Positions 24,590 to 34,890 of a stretch of 48,487 nt of DNA are shown here, in pieces (the stretch's first letter is position 1; every line of letters starts with the position of its first letter). The translations under genes and the position numbers were made by a program. The notes beneath the pieces are model-generated. The model was given only the letters and a program-made list of their open reading frames with translations, was not told the origin of the DNA and did no database searches. Source of the stretch: Candidatus Moranbacteria bacterium RIFCSPHIGHO2_01_FULL_55_24 (GTDB lineage: Bacteria; Patescibacteriota; Minisyncoccia; Moranbacterales; UBA1568); NCBI GenBank assembly GCA_001786575.1, contig MFRW01000004.1:1-48487 (forward strand), in the 5' to 3' direction.

Positions 24590-26008
24590 ATGACTAATGA
24601 GGAACTTTGGAAGGCTGTCTTAGGCCAAATAGAGCTTTCTTTGTCGAAAGCGAATTTTATTACTTGGTTCAAGAATACTTCTCTGGTGGATAACCAGAAT
24701 GGCTTGGTAACCATCGGCGTACCGAATGGGTTTGCGAAAGAATGGCTTGAGAATAAGTATAATATGTACATTCTCAAAGCTTTGAAGAGTCTTGATCCGT
24801 CTGTCCAAGAAATCCGTTGCGCTATCACGCTCCAGAATAAGCCGGGCGCTGCTCCGATCTCTGTGGATTCGGTTCGCAACGTAGATGCGGCGATACCCCG
24901 CGAACAAAGCGGATTTGTGCGGAAGAAAATTATTGAAAAGCCGGTATTCAGCAATACGCCGGGTTTGAATAACCAGGTTTTTCATGAAACAAACTTAAAC
25001 TCCCGTTACACCTTCGAGAATTTTATCGTGGCTGAAAATAACGAACTTGCCCGCGCTGCTTGTTATGCTGTTTCCCAGAATCTCGGCATGGTGTACAACC
25101 CGCTCTTCATTTATGGCGGGGTGGGGCTCGGGAAAACGCATCTCCTCCAATCGATCGGGAATGAAGTGATGAAGGAACATCCGGAAAAGCGCATAAAATA
25201 CATCACTTCGGAACGTTTCACTACAGAGCTCGTCGACTCGATCAAGAACCAGAAAATAGACCTTTTCAAGGAATACTACCAGCAAATGGACCTTCTGATT
25301 ATCGATGACGTGCAGTTCCTCTCGGGCCGCGAAAAGACCCAGAACGAATTTTTCCATATATTCAATGCTCTCTATCAGATAAATAAGCAGATTGTCATAT
25401 CCAGCGATCGGCCTCCGAAAGCCATCGCTACCCTCGAAGAACGCCTGCGTTCGCGCTTCGAAGGAGGGATGATCACTGATATCAGCCGTCCGAGCCTCGA
25501 AACAAGGATTGCGATTCTTCAATCAAAAATCCTTGAAAAAGGCTTTATTATAGATGAAATCACCCTGAAATACATCGCTGAAAAGGTAAATCAGAATATC
25601 CGGGAATTGGAAGGCGCTTTAAACCGGATAATCGCTTATTGCGAATTCCATAAACTTCCGCCGAGTCTTGAAAACACCCAGAAGATCCTCGCCGAACTCA
25701 TCGAGGATAACAAGAAAAACATCCATTCTGATGATGTTTTCCGGGTAATCAGCGATTTTTATGGTGTCGCTAAAGAAGAGTTGATCAAAAAAGGGCGGAA
25801 AAAAGAGATTTCTCACCCGCGCCAAGTAATGATGTATATTCTCCGAAACGAACTCCAAATACCTTTTTCTTCTATAGGAGAGCTTCTGGGAGGTAGAGAT
25901 CATACGACCGCGCTTCATGCATTTGAGAAGATTGAAACACAAAAAGAAAACAATTCACGGTTGAAAGAGGAACTTGATACGTTGCGAGAACGCCTCTATT
26001 ATAGTTAA
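24590..26008 (+). CDS. dnaA: Chromosomal replication initiator DnaA
   Basis: YNPLFIYGGVGLGKTHL, IDDVQF, RL.SRF and GRDHTT motifs; ATG 24590 has AGGAG upstream. Confidence 0.98.
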   Translation: MTNEELWKAVLGQIELSLSKANFITWFKNTSLVDNQNGLVTIGVPNGFAKEWLENKYNMYILKALKSLDPSVQEIRCAITLQNKPGAAPISVDSVRNVDAAIPREQSGFVRKKIIEKPVFSNTPGLNNQVFHETNLNSRYTFENFIVAENNELARAACYAVSQNLGMVYNPLFIYGGVGLGKTHLLQSIGNEVMKEHPEKRIKYITSERFTTELVDSIKNQKIDLFKEYYQQMDLLIIDDVQFLSGREKTQNEFFHIFNALYQINKQIVISSDRPPKAIATLEERLRSRFEGGMITDISRPSLETRIAILQSKILEKGFIIDEITLKYIAEKVNQNIRELEGALNRIIAYCEFHKLPPSLENTQKILAELIEDNKKNIHSDDVFRVISDFYGVAKEELIKKGRKKEISHPRQVMMYILRNELQIPFSSIGELLGGRDHTTALHAFEKIETQKENNSRLKEELDTLRERLYYS

Positions 26009-26273
26009 ATATTGTTGATAAATCTGTATAAACCCTCTTTTTCTGTGGGTAGCCCTAGGATAACAACGCCTTTAATGTGGATTATTCGAGCGAAGAAATA
26101 ATAAGAGTAAGTTTTCCACTAAGTTTGGTGAGGAAGTGGGAGAAATATAAAACTTTTTTGTATAAAAAATACTTTATCTAAAAGAAAAACTTCACTTATC
26201 ACACTATCCACAGTCTTAATCATAATAATAAATCTTTAAATATATATAATTATATTAAAGATTACAGAAACCT
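26009..26273. other. oriC: oriC (dnaA-dnaN intergenic): DnaA boxes, DnaA-trio-like tract and AT-rich unwinding element
   Basis: Near-consensus boxes at 26013-26021, 26076-26084, 26112-26120 and 26204-26212, followed by TAATCATAATAATAA and a TA-rich tract. Confidence 0.85.
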
Positions 26274-27434
26274 ATGGAACTTATCTGTACACAAGAGAAT
26301 CTTTCACTCGCTCTCTCATATCTGGACCGAATCGCCGGGAAACAGAGTTCGCTCCCGATCTTGAGTAATCTTCTTCTGGAGACTGAAAAAGGGAGACTGA
26401 AGATTTCTGCGACAAACCTAGAAATCGGGGTAGTAGTTTATGTAGGGGCGAAAATAGAAAGTGATGGAAAGTTCACTGTACCAGCGAAAATCTTTGCTCA
26501 TTTTGTGCATAATTTGCCACCTGGAGAGGTTTTGAATATCAAAGTGGTACAGCAGCACCTTTTTATTGCAAGCGGCGGCTACACGATGAAAATAAAAGGT
26601 TTGGATGGAAAGGATTTCCCTATCATTCCGCAATACAAAAACGACTATCCCTTCTCTCTCCCAGCTCAAGATGTAAAACAAGCGCTTCAAAGGCTTCTTT
26701 TCTGTGTGAGTACGAATGAAGCGCGTATCGAATTGACTGGTGTGTATGTTTCCTTTGAGGAAGGAGCGCTCCATCTCGCTGCAACGGATAGTTTCCGGCT
26801 TGCTGAAGAGATTATCCCTTTCACTGATCAGAGTTCGGGGTATAAGCAGTTTCTCTCTGAAAATACCTCGCTTATCATCCCAAGCGCCACTCTCCAAGAA
26901 CTCCTTCGGGTGATTACTCCCGAAACGATGAATATCAAGCTTGCACTCGAGGAAAATCAGCTTTTCTTCGAGGTAGATAATGTGCAGATCGTTTCACGTA
27001 TCATCAGCGGGAAGTATCCTGACTATCAGCAGATCATCCCGAAAAAATTCACCCTCCAAGCGGTCATAGAGAAAGATCTTTTCCTCCGTTCTTTGAAGTT
27101 AGCAAGCTCCCTTTCCTCTTATACATCGGGCGAGATAGCACTTATCTTCGATCCGGAACAGAAACAATGCACGCTCGTCTCTCAATCGAAAGAAATCGGC
27201 GAGAATACGAGTATTATCCCTTTGGAGGTGCAAACCGGAACGGAGCCGCTCACTCTCGTTTTCAATCCGCGCTACGTGATAGAGGGGATAAACGCGCTTC
27301 ATTCGGACAAACTACTCTTCCTCGCGAATACGAATACCTCTCCGGTAGCACTCCGTGAATTCAACGAAGAGAAGAAAGAGGAGGATGGAAAATATCTCTA
27401 TATCATGATGCCGATCCGGAAAGAATATGCGTAA
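26274..27434 (+). CDS. dnaN: DNA polymerase III beta clamp
   Basis: LPILSN, ATNLE, ATDSFRL, G.YPDY and YIMMP motifs. Confidence 0.97.
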   Translation: MELICTQENLSLALSYLDRIAGKQSSLPILSNLLLETEKGRLKISATNLEIGVVVYVGAKIESDGKFTVPAKIFAHFVHNLPPGEVLNIKVVQQHLFIASGGYTMKIKGLDGKDFPIIPQYKNDYPFSLPAQDVKQALQRLLFCVSTNEARIELTGVYVSFEEGALHLAATDSFRLAEEIIPFTDQSSGYKQFLSENTSLIIPSATLQELLRVITPETMNIKLALEENQLFFEVDNVQIVSRIISGKYPDYQQIIPKKFTLQAVIEKDLFLRSLKLASSLSSYTSGEIALIFDPEQKQCTLVSQSKEIGENTSIIPLEVQTGTEPLTLVFNPRYVIEGINALHSDKLLFLANTNTSPVALREFNEEKKEEDGKYLYIMMPIRKEYA

Positions 27435-27723
27435 TCTCCGAGACCTTCTTTCTTCACGGAAGAGCACGGAAGAAACAGCTCTTTCGAAGCCTCTCGATGA
27501 AAAAACCATCTTTTTTATCTGCAAGAAAATCCTCCAGGAAGAATATGGCAGCCGCGGGAGCGAGAATATCGAGGCGGTAACATACAAAGAAAAGAAGCTT
27601 TCCTTGAGAGCGAGGAATTCTCTCTGGAGGAATGAAGCGGCTCTTCAGAAAGAACATCTCAAAAATCGCATCAATACCCTCCTCGCTCAAGAAGCGGTGG
27701 AAGAGATAAAGATCTTCTACTAG
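27427..27723 (+). CDS. dciA: DciA/DUF721 helicase-loader family protein
   Basis: L.L.A.NS.W.NE.....E.LK.RIN...V.EI pattern; follows dnaN. Confidence 0.75.
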   Translation: MRNLRDLLSSRKSTEETALSKPLDEKTIFFICKKILQEEYGSRGSENIEAVTYKEKKLSLRARNSLWRNEAALQKEHLKNRINTLLAQEAVEEIKIFY

Positions 27724-27751
27724 AGATGAGCTTCAAAAAATCCACTACTTT

Positions 27752-30310
27752 CTAGTAGTGGATCAGCATACTTTTCTTATCTATCGCTTTATTCCCGTTA
27801 TTATCCTCTATTTCCGCCTCTATCGTGACGGTGCTATTGTTCTTACTCCCCGGAATCGAGTAGGAAAGAGAATACGGTTTGGAGGTGGATGACCCTATAT
27901 CGCTGCCATCCATCCGGTAGACTACTTGTTTTGTTCCGTACGGAGCGTCTACCTGTGCAGAAAAAGCGACAGAAGAGCTGCTGGTCTCGCTCGGAGCTGC
28001 GAGAGCGATAGAAGGTTTGTATTTAGAGAAGTCTTCCGCTTTGCACTCATCATTCGGGACATCGCGCACAATCACGCCTTTCTGTTTCTCATACCAATTT
28101 TCCACTGCCTTTTCCCAGCTTTTGTACTGCGGATCATTTTCCGGTTTTTCCGGTTCCGGACCGCGCGGATCTTCACGATTCACATAGTGGAGAATATCAT
28201 GATCGCTCGCGAAATCTTTCTTCTCCTCTTCATCTTCCGGACAGTATTTATTCGCGAGGCAGTAATCTTTCTTACCAGGTATGCGGCAGACTTTCACATC
28301 CTTCTTTTCCTCGAGCTTTCCAGCAAGCATCGGCTTGTTGGTTTTTCCTTCGCCATCCCCGATCTCGTCATCCGGATTATATTTCGGAAATTCTTCAAGG
28401 GCGTAGTTCCCGAGAGCTTTATCCAGGAATGCCCGCCAGATCGGCGCTGCCACATTCACGCCGTCCGCGCCAGCCACCATCGGGCTGTTATCATTATTCC
28501 CAGCCCAGACACCGACAGCAAGGGAGGGAGTATAGCCGATGGTCCAGCCATCACGAAACTCGTTTGTCGTTCCGGTTTTCGCGACTACCTGACGGTTGTC
28601 GAAGCGCAGCGGAGAGTTCTCGCCGAACACCCAGGCACGGTTCTCATTATTCGAGAGCACTGAATCGAGCATCGCTACGTATTTTTCCTCCACGACGCGT
28701 TCCCCAGGGCTTTGCTTGAATTCCTCCAAAACTTTTCCGGAAGAATCTTCAATCCGCAAAATAGCGCTCTTTTCATGCTTGATACCACCGGTGGCAAGGG
28801 TGCCGTAGGCGTTTACATGGTCGAGGAGCTTCACCTCGCCCCCACCAAGCACCAGAGACAGCCCGACCCGGTCAGGATCGCTGATACCGGTGATTCCGAG
28901 GTCATGGGCAAGCTTCACGGAATCCTTCACTCCGGCCAGATAAAGAGTCTTCACCGCCGGGACGTTGAGCGAACCTCCCAAAGTCTTCTTCATCGGGAGA
29001 GGGCCGTTGAACTTACCGTTATAATTCTGGGGTTTATAGGATTTTTCCTGGCCGGTATCGAATTCCGTCTCTACGTCATAGAGCATCGTTTCCGGCAGAT
29101 AACCCTTGGTAAAGGCGGTGAGGTAGACATAGGGCTTGAAGGAAGACCCCGGCTGACGGTCGCGGATGGCGACGTTCACCTGCCCATCGATGGATTCATC
29201 GAAGTAATCCTTCGATCCCACCATGGCGAGGATCTGGCCATTCTTCGGATCAATGGCTACCAGAGCGGCATTCGAGGCGTTCCAGCGCTTGTTGTCAGCC
29301 GATCCTTTGCGGACGGCCTCTTCTGCCATCTGCTGCTTGTCCCAATCGAGCGTGGTGATGACTTTGTATCCGCCTTGTTCCACTGCCTGGTCCCCGTACT
29401 TTTCCTGAAGATAATCCTTGATATACATGACGAAATGAGGTGCGGCGATAATGTCCTTCTGGGGCAGGACTTTATCAAGCGTATTCGCTGCGATCGCCTC
29501 CTGGGCCTGTTCTTCGGTAATATAGCCGAGTTTCGCCATCTGCATGAGCGCATAGTCCTTGCGGGCGATGAGGCGTTCCGGATGGCTGCCGTAAGGGGAA
29601 TAGTAGGCTGTACCGCGGGGCAGCGCCGCAAGCAGCGCCGCTTCATCGAGCGAGAGATCGCGTGCCGGCTTCCCGAAATAGGTCTCTGCAGCCGCTTCGA
29701 TCCCATAGGCGTTCTGGCCGTACGGGATCTCGTTTAGGTACATGGCGAGGATCTCATCCTTCGTAAAAAGCGTTTCGAGCTCTATGGAGAGAATCGCCTC
29801 CTTGACCTTGCGCGTCAGGGTCTGCTCGTTCGAGAGAAGCGAATTCTTCACGAACTGCTGGGTAATTGTCGAGGCTCCCTGGGCGGTATCGAAGGTGATA
29901 ATATCCTTGAAAAGGGCGCGCAGGATAGCCTTCGGCTGGATGCCGAAATGGTGGTAGAAATCCTGGTCCTCGAGGGCGATCGTCGAGGCTCGGACCACTT
30001 CCGGCATCTGGTCAAAGGGGATGACGGTGCGCTTCTCCTCTCCGTGGACCTCATAGAGAAGGTGTTCGCCGCTCCGATCGTAGATCTTCGTGGATTCGGC
30101 GACGAAACGTTTGTTGATATTCCCGGCGTCCGGCAGATCTTTCGCGATATAGAGAAAAAGCGCCGCGACCAGCACAAATCCGGCCCCGCCGGCGATTCCT
30201 GCTACTTTTCGGATTTTCTCCCAATCCCACTCTCTCCAATTTCCCCAGTCGATCTTTTTCGTTTCTGATAAAGTGGCTAGAACTCGTCTTTTTTTACGTA
30301 AAAACCGCAT
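27752..30310 (-). CDS. Class A penicillin-binding protein (PBP1A family) with C-terminal Ig-like domain
   Basis: ED..FY.H.G and GASTITQQ (glycosyltransferase); SSFK, SLN and KTGT (transpeptidase). Confidence 0.95.
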   Translation of the reverse strand: MRFLRKKRRVLATLSETKKIDWGNWREWDWEKIRKVAGIAGGAGFVLVAALFLYIAKDLPDAGNINKRFVAESTKIYDRSGEHLLYEVHGEEKRTVIPFDQMPEVVRASTIALEDQDFYHHFGIQPKAILRALFKDIITFDTAQGASTITQQFVKNSLLSNEQTLTRKVKEAILSIELETLFTKDEILAMYLNEIPYGQNAYGIEAAAETYFGKPARDLSLDEAALLAALPRGTAYYSPYGSHPERLIARKDYALMQMAKLGYITEEQAQEAIAANTLDKVLPQKDIIAAPHFVMYIKDYLQEKYGDQAVEQGGYKVITTLDWDKQQMAEEAVRKGSADNKRWNASNAALVAIDPKNGQILAMVGSKDYFDESIDGQVNVAIRDRQPGSSFKPYVYLTAFTKGYLPETMLYDVETEFDTGQEKSYKPQNYNGKFNGPLPMKKTLGGSLNVPAVKTLYLAGVKDSVKLAHDLGITGISDPDRVGLSLVLGGGEVKLLDHVNAYGTLATGGIKHEKSAILRIEDSSGKVLEEFKQSPGERVVEEKYVAMLDSVLSNNENRAWVFGENSPLRFDNRQVVAKTGTTNEFRDGWTIGYTPSLAVGVWAGNNDNSPMVAGADGVNVAAPIWRAFLDKALGNYALEEFPKYNPDDEIGDGEGKTNKPMLAGKLEEKKDVKVCRIPGKKDYCLANKYCPEDEEEKKDFASDHDILHYVNREDPRGPEPEKPENDPQYKSWEKAVENWYEKQKGVIVRDVPNDECKAEDFSKYKPSIALAAPSETSSSSVAFSAQVDAPYGTKQVVYRMDGSDIGSSTSKPYSLSYSIPGSKNNSTVTIEAEIEDNNGNKAIDKKSMLIHY

Positions 30311-30355
30311 ATTTTATATACAATGAGTATCTCCATTGTATACCATAAAAAAGCG

Positions 30356-30383
30356 AAAAAGAGAACCCGAAGGAACTCTTTTT
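30356..30383. terminator. Probable terminator after the ATP-grasp cluster
   Basis: AAAAAGAG..CC-CGAA-GG..CTCTTTTT hairpin. Confidence 0.5.
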
Positions 30384-30410
30384 GGAAGAACAGTTTCAAA
30401 TTCGAAGGCC

Positions 30411-31355
30411 TTAACGCGAAGCCCGTTTGGCAAGAGCTTCAAGAGTATTTTCAATGAATAACTCTGAAGAGTTCATTTTTTCGGAAGGAAAGCCGATCTG
30501 GTCATTCAGCTCAAAAACAAAAGGCTGGGAACCGGCCTGGATCCCGAAATCTATCGAGTAGAGCGGGAAGTCGAATTCCTCATCGATCACAGCTTGAATT
30601 TCTTGGACGCACGAGAGAATGAAAGAAGGGATCTTCTCAAGAGGCACTTCTTCGATAGATCCTCCCAAAGCGACATTGGCCAGAAGAGAACCTTCTTTAG
30701 GGGTTCGTACGTGGGCTAAGGTAATCTTCCCGTTGACAACAACGATACGAAGATCGTGGTACCCCTCTGTTATCCCGGGAATTCCTTGGGAGGTATCGAC
30801 AAATTCTTGGAGTACATATTCGCTCTTTTCCTCCAAAACGACGTGAGCCAAGTTTTCCGGCTTATCGATAAGAATACCCTTTCCCTGCATTCCCTTGGCC
30901 GGTTTCAGTACGGCGAGAGGAGCGCCTTCGAGACTTTTCAATTGAGAAAGAAGCTCCTCCTGGTTTTTAATAACGAAACTTCTCGGCATGAATCTTCCAA
31001 GACGGATTCCCATGAGATTCTTATCATGGCAGAGATGCTTGAATTCGCTGCTATTCAAAGTTTTCTGTCCGATTTCTACGGGCGGGAAGGAAATCCCGCC
31101 GCTCCGATCGAATACGGCGTCTGCTTCTATAATGCCTTTCTGTAACTCGAAAAAGTTTCCGGTATAGAGATAGGCATCTTTGAATGTCAGAGGAGGCTCG
31201 TAGTTTTCTTTTCCATTCGCTACATACATGTCGAACCCCAAGCCCGTTCCTTTCTTGAAAAAAGAATGGTAAACGGATCTTTTGATTCCGAGCTTCTGAA
31301 ACGGATCGGAGCTCAAGGGGCGCCGATGGAAATACATGACTATTTTTTTTCGCAT
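30411..31355 (-). CDS. ATP-grasp ligase (RimK/GshB/YheC-like)
   Basis: VLKP..G.QGKGI, LQEFV, DLR, ANVA.GG, SIDF and FELNDQ motifs. Confidence 0.85.
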   Translation of the reverse strand: MRKKIVMYFHRRPLSSDPFQKLGIKRSVYHSFFKKGTGLGFDMYVANGKENYEPPLTFKDAYLYTGNFFELQKGIIEADAVFDRSGGISFPPVEIGQKTLNSSEFKHLCHDKNLMGIRLGRFMPRSFVIKNQEELLSQLKSLEGAPLAVLKPAKGMQGKGILIDKPENLAHVVLEEKSEYVLQEFVDTSQGIPGITEGYHDLRIVVVNGKITLAHVRTPKEGSLLANVALGGSIEEVPLEKIPSFILSCVQEIQAVIDEEFDFPLYSIDFGIQAGSQPFVFELNDQIGFPSEKMNSSELFIENTLEALAKRASR

Positions 31356-32251
31356 AAGGCAAGGTAGTCGGCTAAGCGCTCGATTTCTTGAGAAATACCG
31401 GGATCAAGGGTAAGCGCAGGGCAGGCGTTCACTTCGAATATCACCGGCTCGCCGTTTTCCTTTACTACGATATCTACGCCGGCTACCTGGATGTCGGTTA
31501 TCGCTGATGCCAGCAGGGCTTCTCGCCGGATCTCTTCCTTTACAGCATCTACGTCCATGAATTCCTCTCTTGCTCCAAGGTGGACATTGTTTCTGAATTC
31601 TTCTTTTTCGGAACGGATCTTCTTTTCGGCGACAGCGACCTTGTCGCCAGTCACTAGAAGGCGATACTCGAATGTGTTGGGTATGAATTCTTGCAAGAAT
31701 ATCGCTGATCGCTCGTTTTTTTCTGAAAGGCGGCCGATAACCTCTTGCAGAGAAGATAGGTCTTTCGCCAAGAAAACACCTGCTCCCTGGGAGGTATTGC
31801 ATTCTTTGACGACGATCGGGAAGCCGAGATATTCTTCGGCGCTTTTCAAGTGTTCTTCCGAGTAGCTTCCGGCGAAGTAGGTTTTCGGAATGGATGCTCC
31901 GGCCAATGCCAAGCGGAACATCTGAACGATCTTGGCGACATCCGAAGAATCCTTTATCTGCTCATGAAAGCGATCGATAAAGTAGACCCCTTTCTTTTTT
32001 GCCAGGTGCGCCAGCATAAAGGCGAGACCGCCATGCCTCCCTACTTTTCTCGGATAAATCGTATTCCAGTTTTCAAGAGGCTTTTTCTCAATAAAAAGAT
32101 CGACATTTCCTTTTTCGATGAACACCTCGATGTCCTCAAAACTTGAAACAGAAAATGCTACGCCGCGGCTGGAAAGCTGATCGCCGAGCAAGCCGAGAAG
32201 TTTTTGTACCCGAGGACCTGAAGCTTTCTTGCTTTTTAAAACGAGAAGCAT
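31340..32251 (-). CDS. RimK-family ATP-grasp ligase
   Basis: IPKT, FPIVVK...SQGAGV, QEFI, FRNNVHLG, GVD and EVN motifs. Confidence 0.88.
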   Translation of the reverse strand: MLLVLKSKKASGPRVQKLLGLLGDQLSSRGVAFSVSSFEDIEVFIEKGNVDLFIEKKPLENWNTIYPRKVGRHGGLAFMLAHLAKKKGVYFIDRFHEQIKDSSDVAKIVQMFRLALAGASIPKTYFAGSYSEEHLKSAEEYLGFPIVVKECNTSQGAGVFLAKDLSSLQEVIGRLSEKNERSAIFLQEFIPNTFEYRLLVTGDKVAVAEKKIRSEKEEFRNNVHLGAREEFMDVDAVKEEIRREALLASAITDIQVAGVDIVVKENGEPVIFEVNACPALTLDPGISQEIERLADYLALCEKK

Positions 32252-32264
32252 ATGCGGATGAAGC

Positions 32265-33659
32265 TTATTTATTTACATCGATAAGAAATTTCCTCAAGCT
32301 TTTTCTCCCCACGATGACCGGGTATTCGAGATGGGAGCGCCCGATGATGGAAACTTTGGCAGGAACGGTAACGCCGTCTATCACCAGGTCTATTCTGACC
32401 ATCGGCCGATAGGAAGTGCCATGGGATGATTTGACTGGAACGGTGCTGGCGAGATCGGGAATATCCGCGAACAGCTTTTCGCGCTCCTCTTTCGAGAGTT
32501 CCTGCAAGATGTCCCGATTGGCTACCCTCCGCTCGAACTCTTCGAGAGCCTCATGAAAGCCGAGCTCTTCGGCGATTTGAGTATCAATGGAAGTGGAATC
32601 GGCACCTGTATCGATTTTGGCTTCGACTTCCAGTTCTTTCCCATCCTTACCGATCAGCTTCACTTTTTCTATTGCTCCGATGACCCGTTTACCGGAGATT
32701 TCCTCGATCTCTTCCTCGATCTCACCGCCGAAGAGATTCATGCCGACGCGGATACCTCGGTCGACTGATCGGATCTTCAGTCCGGAGACGCGGTCGAGAC
32801 GCTCCTTGAGTCCGGAGAGATTCGCCAGCTGGATAGAGAGACCTGGGCGGGCGTTTAGCTCGAGGATGACCGGCCCGCGCTCGCGATCGATCGCGATGTC
32901 CGCTCCCAGGAACCCGAGACCGGAAATCTTCTGCGCTTCTGCCGCCATCCGGAGAATCTCTTTCCAGTAGGGGATCTTGATACCCGAAAGCACGAGGCGC
33001 GTTCCAGGCACGTATTCGATGACATGCCCCTTGCCGATAATGGCGGTCGTGGTGGTGCCGGTTGCGAGGTCGATACCGACGCCGACAGCGCCCTGCTGGA
33101 GATTGGCTTTGCCGTCGGAACCTCTGGTCGGCAGACGGAGCATGGCCATTACCGGGACGGAATTGAAGACGATGACACGGATATCCGGGATGCCTTTGAA
33201 AGCATATGGTTTGAAGAGTTTCAAAAGCGTCAGGCGCTCTTCGAAGAAGGCAGTGTCGGGGATATTGGCGAGCGAGAAAGAGCCGTCGAGAATGTTTCTG
33301 ATATGGCTCTTCAGGTCTTCGATAGTGATCACTGTCCCATCGGCTTTGACCCAGGCATCGTCACGTCCTTTTTTCCGGGCATAGACGACGAGGATTCCCT
33401 CGCCGCCGAAGCCGCGGTTCGGCTTCAAGGCGAAGCTTGCCGGAAGCTTCGCCCAATCGAACTGTTCGAGCGCCTCATGGGTACTGATCTTCCCGATGAG
33501 AAGCGGCACGGCTAAACTGTTCTTCTTCAAGATGCGTTTGCAGAGGAGCTTGTTGTCTGCAATCTCCATGCCGCGCTTCCGGTTGTAGGGGCGGATGTAT
33601 TCCAGATTTCTCGCGTTCATGCCGAGAAGCTTCTGGCTCTTCCTGAAAAAATCGAACAT
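32265..33659 (-). CDS. Alpha-L-glutamate ligase-like ATP-grasp protein fused to a C-terminal retropepsin-like protease domain
   Basis: LGMNARN, PDIRVI, AMLRLPT..SDGKANL.QG and ELNARPGLSIQ; C-terminal AKIDTGA...RP...YPVIVGR. Confidence 0.88.
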   Translation of the reverse strand: MFDFFRKSQKLLGMNARNLEYIRPYNRKRGMEIADNKLLCKRILKKNSLAVPLLIGKISTHEALEQFDWAKLPASFALKPNRGFGGEGILVVYARKKGRDDAWVKADGTVITIEDLKSHIRNILDGSFSLANIPDTAFFEERLTLLKLFKPYAFKGIPDIRVIVFNSVPVMAMLRLPTRGSDGKANLQQGAVGVGIDLATGTTTTAIIGKGHVIEYVPGTRLVLSGIKIPYWKEILRMAAEAQKISGLGFLGADIAIDRERGPVILELNARPGLSIQLANLSGLKERLDRVSGLKIRSVDRGIRVGMNLFGGEIEEEIEEISGKRVIGAIEKVKLIGKDGKELEVEAKIDTGADSTSIDTQIAEELGFHEALEEFERRVANRDILQELSKEEREKLFADIPDLASTVPVKSSHGTSYRPMVRIDLVIDGVTVPAKVSIIGRSHLEYPVIVGRKSLRKFLIDVNK

Positions 33660-33681
33660 ACGGGAGAAAATGGAAAAGAAA

Positions 33682-34338
33682 CTAGAGGTGAGGGAGGATC
33701 TTTCGGAAGCGGAAGTATTCCACGATGCGGAGCCCGGTCCATTTTCCGAGAGTGAAGTTGATCACGAAGGTGAAAAGGATGATCCACGGATAGCGGAGGA
33801 TGAGGATGGTGAGCATGTCCCAGCTTATGAGCGCGTAGCCGACGAGCGAGATAAGGAGGGTTTCCAGAGCCAGGAAAAAAGCGGCTTTGCTACCCTTCTC
33901 GATCTGGGTCGCGACGAATTTCTCGGCGAGCGTGATCATGATGAGAAGCGGGAAGATGGAAACCGAAGCGAGGCCGGTACGATGGAAGTGTCCGCCCGCG
34001 ACGAGGATCCCGAGGATGGCGAGGGCCACGATGGAAATCGTGATAGCAACACGCGGCAGGTACAGGAGGCGGAACTGCTTCAGGATAAAACGCGAGACCA
34101 TGCCCACCAGGATGATGCTGACGAAAATGGCGATGCCGTATTTGAGGCCGTTCGGATCGAAGGCGAAAAGAGCGAAGGTGATGATCGAAGGCGTATAGAT
34201 GCCGAACGCCTTGATGCCCACCACTTGGCGGAAGAAGGCGACGAGCGTCGCGACGACGGGAACCATCAAGAGGAGCGCGATGGTCTGAAGAGGCACGCCC
34301 TGCGAAACGATAAAACTGACCCAAGGATGGTAGTACAT
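33682..34338 (-). CDS. 7TM membrane protein of the transglutaminase-associated 7TM family
   Basis: RQVVGIKAFGIYTP, YLPRVA, FPLLI and GKWTGLRIVEYFRF motifs. Confidence 0.85.
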   Translation of the reverse strand: MYYHPWVSFIVSQGVPLQTIALLLMVPVVATLVAFFRQVVGIKAFGIYTPSIITFALFAFDPNGLKYGIAIFVSIILVGMVSRFILKQFRLLYLPRVAITISIVALAILGILVAGGHFHRTGLASVSIFPLLIMITLAEKFVATQIEKGSKAAFFLALETLLISLVGYALISWDMLTILILRYPWIILFTFVINFTLGKWTGLRIVEYFRFRKILPHL

Positions 34339-34383
34339 ATGCGGAAGCGCTAATGGTTCAATCGTACTCTAGCTGTCTGTATC

Positions 34384-34878
34384 TTACTTCGAATTCTTGA
34401 TATTTTCCATGCGCCTCCGGTTGGCATGGCAGATCGCGATTGCGAGCGCATCCGCCGCGTCGTCGGGTTTCGGTATTTCTTTGAGCTTCAGGATGGCCTT
34501 GACCATCGTCTGGACCTGCAGTTTGTCCGCTTTCCCGTAATTGGTCAGCGCTTGTTTCACCTGAAGCGGAGTGTAACCGGCTATGGTAATACCGAACTTC
34601 TCGAGCGTCAAGAGGATCGCCCCGCGCGCCTGGCCGACGGAGATGGCAGTTTTCTGGTTATTGGAAAAGAAGAGCTCCTCCACAGAAGCTTCTTCCGGAA
34701 CATAGAGCTGGAGCAGGTGTTCCAAATCGGAAGCGATTTCTTCAAGCCGCTTCTCGAGGGGGAGTTCTTTGCTCGTGCTGATGTGGCCGAACGCGAGAGG
34801 AGTGATCTTCGATCCGATCACTTCGATCACGCCCCAGCCGACGGTCGCCGTGCCTGGATCGATGCCGATGATTTTCAT
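34384..34878 (-). CDS. ruvC: Holliday junction resolvase
   Basis: IGIDPG, VEELFF and PDDAADALAIA motifs. Confidence 0.97.
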   Translation of the reverse strand: MKIIGIDPGTATVGWGVIEVIGSKITPLAFGHISTSKELPLEKRLEEIASDLEHLLQLYVPEEASVEELFFSNNQKTAISVGQARGAILLTLEKFGITIAGYTPLQVKQALTNYGKADKLQVQTMVKAILKLKEIPKPDDAADALAIAICHANRRRMENIKNSK

Positions 34879-34890
34879 GGGAGCGGATTT

